This document shows positions 57,331 through 64,000 of a stretch of 64,000 nt of DNA, in pieces (position 1 is the first letter of the stretch; every line of letters starts with the position of its first letter). This DNA comes from Rubripirellula sp. (GTDB taxonomy: Bacteria; Planctomycetota; Planctomycetia; Pirellulales; Pirellulaceae), in contig OZ244207.1 in assembly GCA_965216875.1 (NCBI GenBank), positions 576,001 through 640,000 of the forward strand, written 5' to 3'. The notes beneath the pieces were generated by a model. The model was not told the DNA's origin. It ran no database searches and worked only from the letters and a program-made list of their open reading frames with translations. A program made the translations under genes and the position numbers.

Positions 57331-60300
57331 TTATTGGGTCAGCTCAATCACGAAGTTGTCTGTTACTCCGTTTCGGGTGGTGTAGGTCAGCACGTTCTGG
57401 TCGTCACCGGTGATCGTTGCGTTCAAGTCGGGGTTCGTCTGCGGCAAACCCGACGTCGCTTTCACAAGCTTGCATCGCTTGTGAGCAAGCACCACTTTGA
57501 TGACGCGCGGTGGCGATTGCTTGGGCCCGTCTCCTCGGCTGACCAAAATCGTTGGGTCAGAAATAGCTAGCTGAATCGTGTCTGGTCCACTTGGCTTGAC
57601 CATGATGTTCAGCCGCCTGTCGGTGCTTTCAATGTGTGGCAACTGAGTTGAGATTCTGGGCGTAAAAAAGATGTAGCTGTAGAGATCGTCGTCTTTGCTG
57701 TAGACCACATGAGCGATGTCATCTTGACGCAGCACCTTGTAACGCGGCTCTTTCGCGTTCCGCTTGACGGTTTCCAAAAACTCGGCTGGCTCCTGCCCAT
57801 CGCTGTTCAACAGAATGCAGTATCGATGGTCGGATTCCTGTGCAGCATCGCCGTGGTCAAGCCATGCGGTTACAAATTCACCGGTCGCCTTCTCGCCTTC
57901 ATCGCTTAGCTTTGATGACACGGCATTCTCCTGATCGGCCCATTGGACATGCAGCTTGCAGTTCTGCCCCTGGGGAATGATCCACGCGTGTCCATATGGT
58001 GAAATTACAAAGCAATTCTGTGACGAATCAACAACTTGGTTCACGCCTTTGTTCTTGAAGGTTCGCGAATTCACCACGACCTCCGGGCTCGCCAAAGACC
58101 AACGTCGAAGGTCTCGGCACTGCCAGTTTTCGTCGCCAACCGCATTCTGAAAGAGCGTCGTTTCCATGTGGCGCGAAACCGGTGAGTCGAAGGTTTTGAA
58201 CCCTGTGCCAAGACAAATGATCTGATTCCCAAGAAAGTGATAGGACTTGTTGCCGTGGAAGTCGCCAGCATGCTTTTTGAGTCCTTCGAGTCGGAGTCGC
58301 GGGTTGATGTGAATGGCCAGATTTCCCCATTGGCCCAGCTGTGAAGCTGTCTCTCCGAAAGTGACGGAGCCTCCGTAATGCAGGCTGTGCCCGTTTTCAT
58401 CGGTCTTCACATCGTTGTCACCACCAAAACCACGAACTCCCAGGGCCCTGATTTCTTCCATGCTCAGCTTTGGCATCGTCACGCCCGAAGTGCGAGACCA
58501 GTCGTAGCCGGCCGCATTTCCGCCGAGGTGAGCCGCATGCCGGTTTCCGAGTTTGCTTTCATGGATAAACAAGGATCCGAAAGCGCGATGCGGCAAGTTG
58601 AAGATGCGGCCTTCGGGTTCTGGCACCGAGCTCGCCATGTAGTTGAAGCTGCGCGCGTGCACCTTGGTCATTCCCGTCACGTAGACAGATGCGGCGGACC
58701 AGTTCAAATCGAGATGAAACTGCTGTGCCGCTTCTATTGGGATGCCTTTCGTTTTGGGGTATTTGTCATGAATCTGTTGAAGGTTGTATGGTTCCAGGTG
58801 ATAGTCGCGCAACACCGATGCCAGGTACTTTCTAGCTGCCGGGACTTGCTCCCAGTCCATCGCGTAGAACTGATCGAACCCGCCCGTCGCCCCGATTTGA
58901 TTGATAAAATCCGTTTCCCGAGGGCTAATCGGCTCGAGTTTTCCAAAGCTGTTGCTCAACCACGGGTTGATGTCGTGGATTGTCGGAAAGCAATACAGGA
59001 ACCGAATGCTGTGTTCGGCCAGGTTCTTGTACGTGATGCGGTCTTCGGGCTGCTCAAGCGGCGTCCCCAGGAAGCGAAGCCCTTCCTTCAGGTAGCCGCC
59101 ATAATTCCCGCCCCAGTAGCCAATCAAATGGCCGTGGTGAAAGAACGTGTAGTCCGGTTTGATCATGCTCATCGCGCCGTAGTCTGAGATCGCAATCGTG
59201 CGATTCCAGCGCCGCCGGAGCGCATCCAAATCCCGATAGAGAACCTTGTCATCTAATTCGGTGAACGACGCCAGGTAAGCCTGTGATGCCGCGACGCCAA
59301 CTTCTCGTGTCGCTCCTGGGATGTCCGAATACAGGAATCGGTTATACGAGTTTCCCCACTTCGCCAGGCCGGACAGATAGTCTGCGTACTCAAGGTCCTG
59401 GGGAGTTCCGAGCGCTTTGAACACGGGAACGATTCGCAGCAGGACCGGCAGGTCACGAGCAACATACGAGCGATGCAGATACTCCCCTCCGTTCTTGCCA
59501 TCCTCAAGGCCGTGATACCGAAACCAGTCCAGCGTCGCCTTCACTTTGTACTCAAGCTGCTTGCAGCCGGGATACTTCAGCCACTGGTTGATGTCGTTAG
59601 ATAACTGCCCGCGCATCAGGCCGACTTTGGGAATCCATTTGTATTTCATCGAGCGATTGCTGGCCGCCATGTGGTCGCCCGGAAACAGCAACACAGCGTC
59701 GGGAGATCCCTGTTGCAGGATGTTCATGCGGTGGGGATAGCGGTAGGTGCCGTCATCGTTCCTGACCAGCACTTCATCCAGAAATTTCTGCACCTCGAGT
59801 CGGACCTGCTCCGGAGCATCAATAGAAAGATCAACTTCTGCCTGTTCGCCCCGAAGGCTTGTGATGTAAGCCTGTTGTTTCTCAGTCAAGCTTTTGGGCA
59901 CAGGATTCTTTTTCGCGAACTTTCCAAAGTAGATCGTTCGGCCACCATTGTCGTCGGGAACATAGGCCGTCGGGTCATACGGCTCGTTCGGGATACCGTG
60001 ATTGACGATGTCGGGAATGTCCTCGCCACCGATCTCCAAAATGTTGCGTCCTGGATCGCTGTCAGAAATCAAGAGCCGATCGAGGTAGAAGGTTCCGGAT
60101 TCGATCGTCGTCGGCGCCTGAATCAGCAACTCGTCAGTTTCTGGGGTGAGGCCGCTCGCATCAAGCCCATCGACCGCGAATGGTTCCGCCTTCTTGACGA
60201 ACAGCGAATGCCAATGGCGATACGTCATCCAGTAAGTGGCGACTTTCGTTCCCCGCCTGTCGCGCCGGTTATCCTTGCAAAAAACCCGAATCGTCGTGCC

Positions 60301-60783
60301 TTGCGGAAGTGGCTGTTCTTGGCAGATTGAGAGTCGGGCAATGATGTCGTGCCGGCCGTCACTGATTCCCTTCAGGTTCCTGATTCGCAGAACATCACCC
60401 TTTTTCCAGTCCCAGCGAATCGATTTCTCACCGGCTTTGGAATGTGCGTCGCTGACGCTCAAACGGCTCGAAGCAGAAACGCTCCAGCTTCTGGGCAAAG
60501 ACTCCAGGATGAAGGCTCGAATCTTGTCCGACGTTTCCAGATCAAACCGCTCTCCCTTTTCGCCAAGTTGCGTTTCGGGATGAACCCGTCTTCCGTAGCC
60601 GACCAGAACTTCTTCAGGGACGTCTTCCAATTGCAGTTGTGTGAGGTCGTGATTGAAGTAGATCGGCACTTCCTGCGAATAGGCCTGCCCATTGGAATCG
60701 CCGTCCGACGGCGTCTGCGCGAAGACAGTTGTCGCGCCAATCAGCACGAGTTTTAGAGCAAGAGTTATTGTTCGCTTCATCAT
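57331..60783 (-). CDS. Polysaccharide lyase family 8, chondroitinase ABC-like
   Basis: Signal peptide, GEKSIRWDW, IKPDYTFFHHG...Y, GYDWSRTSGVT, KSYHF...IICLG, ETTLFQ. Confidence 0.85.
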   Translation of the reverse strand: MMKRTITLALKLVLIGATTVFAQTPSDGDSNGQAYSQEVPIYFNHDLTQLQLEDVPEEVLVGYGRRVHPETQLGEKGERFDLETSDKIRAFILESLPRSWSVSASSRLSVSDAHSKAGEKSIRWDWKKGDVLRIRNLKGISDGRHDIIARLSICQEQPLPQGTTIRVFCKDNRRDRRGTKVATYWMTYRHWHSLFVKKAEPFAVDGLDASGLTPETDELLIQAPTTIESGTFYLDRLLISDSDPGRNILEIGGEDIPDIVNHGIPNEPYDPTAYVPDDNGGRTIYFGKFAKKNPVPKSLTEKQQAYITSLRGEQAEVDLSIDAPEQVRLEVQKFLDEVLVRNDDGTYRYPHRMNILQQGSPDAVLLFPGDHMAASNRSMKYKWIPKVGLMRGQLSNDINQWLKYPGCKQLEYKVKATLDWFRYHGLEDGKNGGEYLHRSYVARDLPVLLRIVPVFKALGTPQDLEYADYLSGLAKWGNSYNRFLYSDIPGATREVGVAASQAYLASFTELDDKVLYRDLDALRRRWNRTIAISDYGAMSMIKPDYTFFHHGHLIGYWGGNYGGYLKEGLRFLGTPLEQPEDRITYKNLAEHSIRFLYCFPTIHDINPWLSNSFGKLEPISPRETDFINQIGATGGFDQFYAMDWEQVPAARKYLASVLRDYHLEPYNLQQIHDKYPKTKGIPIEAAQQFHLDLNWSAASVYVTGMTKVHARSFNYMASSVPEPEGRIFNLPHRAFGSLFIHESKLGNRHAAHLGGNAAGYDWSRTSGVTMPKLSMEEIRALGVRGFGGDNDVKTDENGHSLHYGGSVTFGETASQLGQWGNLAIHINPRLRLEGLKKHAGDFHGNKSYHFLGNQIICLGTGFKTFDSPVSRHMETTLFQNAVGDENWQCRDLRRWSLASPEVVVNSRTFKNKGVNQVVDSSQNCFVISPYGHAWIIPQGQNCKLHVQWADQENAVSSKLSDEGEKATGEFVTAWLDHGDAAQESDHRYCILLNSDGQEPAEFLETVKRNAKEPRYKVLRQDDIAHVVYSKDDDLYSYIFFTPRISTQLPHIESTDRRLNIMVKPSGPDTIQLAISDPTILVSRGDGPKQSPPRVIKVVLAHKRCKLVKATSGLPQTNPDLNATITGDDQNVLTYTTRNGVTDNFVIELTQ

Positions 60784-61737
60784 GATGTTCTCGAATCACT
60801 GTGCCGTAGCTTTACTGTGCCGTAGCTCTGGAGACTGCGGGCGACTTCGCATGGGCCGACCAAGTCCACGTTCAGCCCTTTATCATGCATTTCTTTTTCC
60901 AGACCATTAGCACAAAAAATACTCTGAATGGCCGGCCGACGCGCGGACTCTGCAAGGTAGGCGGACGCCAGTCTCCATAAAAACCGCCGCGACAAGAGCA
61001 CGAACTGAATACTTCCAATCGTGTCTTCGGGGCGAAGAACGGGCACTCTCTGAGTCTCTGAAATCTGGGTCTCAGAAGGCAAACAGAGTGTTAACCAGGA
61101 TGTCAGTGTTAACCGAGAGACTCAGAGACATTGCTCTGCCCGAGATCGGGGTGGAGGGCGAGAAAGGGCTTTCTCGAAGCTGACCCCGGGCGAGACGAGA
61201 CTAGCGAAGTTTGCGGCGGGTTGCGGCAAAAACGCCGGAAACGCGGGGCTCAAACGCAAACAGGCCGAAGCGGATGCTTCGGCCTGGTTAACACATGGAT
61301 CGGTTGTCTGAATCGACAACCGTCTCGAAAGGCTCCCCCGACAGGGTGCGAACGATTGCACTGTTTCCCAGCAAATATCGACATTGCTCAACTTAGGCGA
61401 AGCAGAATCCACAGCACTTCGCGACGAATCCACGCTACGCGAGTTGGTTCGGCTCTGGTCCACTCTGGACATTGAAATCCAAAACTCACTCTTGGCAATC
61501 GCAAAGAGCACATCCAAGCGAGGATAGTTCGTTCGACACCCCAGAGGAGCTGAACAGTCAGACAGAAGCCCCGCAACACCGGCGTGTGATTGATTCTGCG
61601 GTGTCACCGGCGGTGACATCAGCGATAACCAGCACCGATGCGGAGCAGCTTGCTGAACTCGTGAGACGTTGGCCGACGCTTAGTGACGCGATGCGGAATG
61701 CGATTTTGATGATCGCTCGTGACGCTTCACGAGCAAC

Positions 61738-62094
61738 CTAGCTTCGCTTTTTGCGATTTGGTTCCTTGGTTGATTCGTGTTCCGTTTTCGGCCACGTCCA
61801 TTCCGTTTGTGGCGGGCAACCTTCGTCCACCCAAGCTTTGATTTCCTCGTATCCCCAACGCTTTATCCGTCCGATGTAAACCGGCGCGGGCATGTTGCCG
61901 GTTCGGTGTCGTTTGTAGACGGTCCGCGACGACACATTCATAAGCTTTGCGACTTCTGCTTGGCCGATCATCAATCCAGCATCCGCCGGTGGCTCTTGTC
62001 CGCCGAACATTACATGCTTCGATGCGGCGAGCCGTCGTTCTCTTGCGGCTTCTTCAGGGTCCGGTAGTTGGAGAAAGTGCAAGATTCGTTCCAC
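61738..62094 (-). CDS. AlpA-like HTH regulator / excisionase
   Basis: EVAKLMNVSSRTVY..HRTGNMPAPVYIG..KRW...EIKAWVDEGCP; the ATG at 62159 is out of frame by one base at an A5 run. Confidence 0.75.
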   Translation of the reverse strand: MERILHFLQLPDPEEAARERRLAASKHVMFGGQEPPADAGLMIGQAEVAKLMNVSSRTVYKRHRTGNMPAPVYIGRIKRWGYEEIKAWVDEGCPPQTEWTWPKTEHESTKEPNRKKRS

Positions 62095-62513
62095 GAGTTT
62101 TTGATTGAATCATTGTCGATGGTGACACGTAGCACGATTTCGGTTTCGCTTTGACTCATGATTCACCTTGTACGTTGGTCGAAATGTCGCGTGGAAGTCC
62201 CCTCCGAGCGAGGAACTCAAAGGATTCAGCCGTTTTCATTGAGCCCCACTCACGGCGGGTTTGTAGTGGCGGACAACGTTGGGGCGACGCTCGGTACGGC
62301 TTGCCCGTATCGAGTAATATGGCGGCTACGTGTCGCAGGTTCGACTAGTTAGACGGTGCCAGAGCGTGCCCAGTCGCCCTAGACAAAAAAGTCTATCGGA
62401 TTCCACCGAAATGTCGCGTAATCCGACCGGAATCAATGTTTGTTGATCGAGACGGCGCCGTTAGGATTCTCAACCCAAAGAACGTTTTCGTACCGACGCA
62501 ACGGAAAGCTCGC

Positions 62514-63269
62514 ATGACTGCTCTCATCGACCGACCCGCTGAAGAAACCCAGCATTGTGAGTTTGGCCAAGCGGAGTTCGATTCGATCTGGTGGGGGAGT
62601 CCCGACGTTGTCTTTACTCCGGCATTCTGGGCCGAGGTGACGCGATTGTCGTGTGACGACGCGTTTGAGTGTCATCGCCTGACGGATTCGTTGGCCAGCG
62701 AATGTATTATGTGTTTGTTGGGCGGACACGGAATTCCAGCCGAACACGGCATTGCCGCTTTTCAAGCCCTCAGCAAGGCGAGTCTTCTCAATGCTTCTGA
62801 GCCTCCGTCATTGGAAGAGATATCCAGTGTGTTGGAGGAGCCGATTGAACTCCCGTCGGGCCGGTCAATTAAGTATCGGTTCGCAAAACAGAAGAGTCGC
62901 TATATCACGAACTTTCTTCACTCGTTTGAAGAGCCACTTGACCTTGACCAATGGGAACATGTTGCAATCCGTGACTGGCTGGTTGAATTCGACGGAATTG
63001 GGCTCAAAACCGCGTCGTGGATTGTTCGAAATTGGTTCGATGCCGACGATGTCGCGATCCTGGACATCCATGTTATCCGTGCAGGTGTATTGGCTGGCTT
63101 TTTCGAGCCAGAAAATTCTTTGCCGCGTGACTATCGCAAGATGGAACAAGAGTATTTATCATTTGCGGAAACAATTGGGGTACGACCGTCTCTATTGGAT
63201 GCCGTAATCTGGGATCAAATGAGACGAGCTGGAGGTCTGGCAATTCGCCTATTCCAGAGTCACCTCTAA
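62514..63269 (+). CDS. 8-oxoguanine DNA glycosylase-like (HhH) protein
   Basis: CLLGGHGIPAE, YRF..QK, GIGLKTASWIVRN, VAILDIHV.RAG. Confidence 0.85.
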   Translation: MTALIDRPAEETQHCEFGQAEFDSIWWGSPDVVFTPAFWAEVTRLSCDDAFECHRLTDSLASECIMCLLGGHGIPAEHGIAAFQALSKASLLNASEPPSLEEISSVLEEPIELPSGRSIKYRFAKQKSRYITNFLHSFEEPLDLDQWEHVAIRDWLVEFDGIGLKTASWIVRNWFDADDVAILDIHVIRAGVLAGFFEPENSLPRDYRKMEQEYLSFAETIGVRPSLLDAVIWDQMRRAGGLAIRLFQSHL

Positions 63270-63295
63270 ATTTTCACTAGTTGGGGGCAAGCATT

Positions 63296-63637
63296 ATGTC
63301 TGGTGGTGGTGGTGGCGGGGCCGGTGGTTCAGGCGGTGGAGGTGGTGGACCTTCGCAGGATTGCTCGACCCTTATCTTTCGCACAGTTCTTAGTTCCCCG
63401 AAGCCTGCAGTTGTAGCGAAGTTATCCGTCAATGATCGGCTAAGCATTGACAAAAGAGGCGACGCGGGCCCAGCAGTTGCTGTGACTTCCGATGGGGAAG
63501 ACGCCGGCTCCATAACTTCGACAAAACTTGGCCAGATGCTTGCTTGTATTGATGATGGCTACGAGTACGAGGCGACTGTCACGAAGGTAAACGGCGGCTC
63601 GGTCGAGGTTGAGATACGTCCGAGTGCGTCACCGTGA
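63296..63637 (+). CDS. Small protein with Gly-rich N-terminus (HIRAN-like beta domain possible)
   Basis: Coupled by a GTGA overlap to the next gene. Confidence 0.65.
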   Translation: MSGGGGGGAGGSGGGGGGPSQDCSTLIFRTVLSSPKPAVVAKLSVNDRLSIDKRGDAGPAVAVTSDGEDAGSITSTKLGQMLACIDDGYEYEATVTKVNGGSVEVEIRPSASP

Positions 63638-64000
63638 TCGACATCATAGGTGGACTTTACAAGGAGTATTGCGATTCCGGTCGATGGTCTGAACTGTATG
63701 GTTCTGGACTTAGAGCGGCCGCAGCACTCTCCTTCCGCTGCGACGATGTTCGACTTACCGGCTGCGTAGGCAAAAGCGACATTGCGACTGCGAATGCGGT
63801 CGCTGAAACTTTTGGCATCAGGCTTTCGGCATCTCATATTGATGAAACGGTTAGTTTCTCGTACTTGCACGGCTTGGCTTCGCCAGAAATCTTCCCGAAG
63901 TCAGCGCGTGCATCAGAACCGTTAACGCTTGTCGGTGACAACGTTCTGGCGTTTGGAATGATCGAAACCGATTGGCAGATCATCGGCAAGCGCGTAGTTT
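63634..64000 (+). CDS. PfkB-like carbohydrate/nucleoside kinase, N-terminal part (runs off the window)
   Basis: Hand translation VIDIIGGLYKEYCDSGRWSELYGSGLRAAAAL...FGMIE. Confidence 0.65.
   Translation, partial: MIDIIGGLYKEYCDSGRWSELYGSGLRAAAALSFRCDDVRLTGCVGKSDIATANAVAETFGIRLSASHIDETVSFSYLHGLASPEIFPKSARASEPLTLVGDNVLAFGMIETDWQIIGKRVV

Overview
A planctomycete (Pirellulaceae-like) chromosomal window, judged from its DUF1501/DUF1549/DUF1553 genes. The left 14 kb is ordinary housekeeping (crcB, ilvB, a hydrolase). The rest is an accessory region with two paralogous, syntenic, minus-strand tRNA arrays. Array A (about 15.0-32.0 kb) is decaying and is split by a 12 kb element. Array B (about 52.0-56.6 kb) has about 39 tRNA-like genes. 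Each array starts with the same unannotated control module: two conserved promoter-like motifs, a 52-codon leader ORF, and an intrinsic terminator whose 5' arm pairs with the leader stop-codon region. This looks like a translation-sensing attenuator. Array B continues into four Y-RNA-like genes (one carrying a 28-nt copy of 23S rRNA helix 69/70) and a Ro60/Rsr pseudogene. Array A contains a structured ncRNA candidate of about 640 nt and ends at an SPFH gene. Four-helix-bundle genes framed by inverted short-period repeats, plus ORF-less versions of those hairpins, punctuate both arrays. The 12 kb serine-recombinase/terminase element inserted into tRNA-Lys(UUU) of array A. It carries a replacement tRNA-Lys and its own copy of the promoter-leader-terminator module. 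Other cargo: SelO, an ECF sigma/FecR pair, a McrBC-like system, a PL8 lyase and an OGG/PfkB module. All calls were made by eye without database searches; tRNA boundaries are approximate to a few nt.
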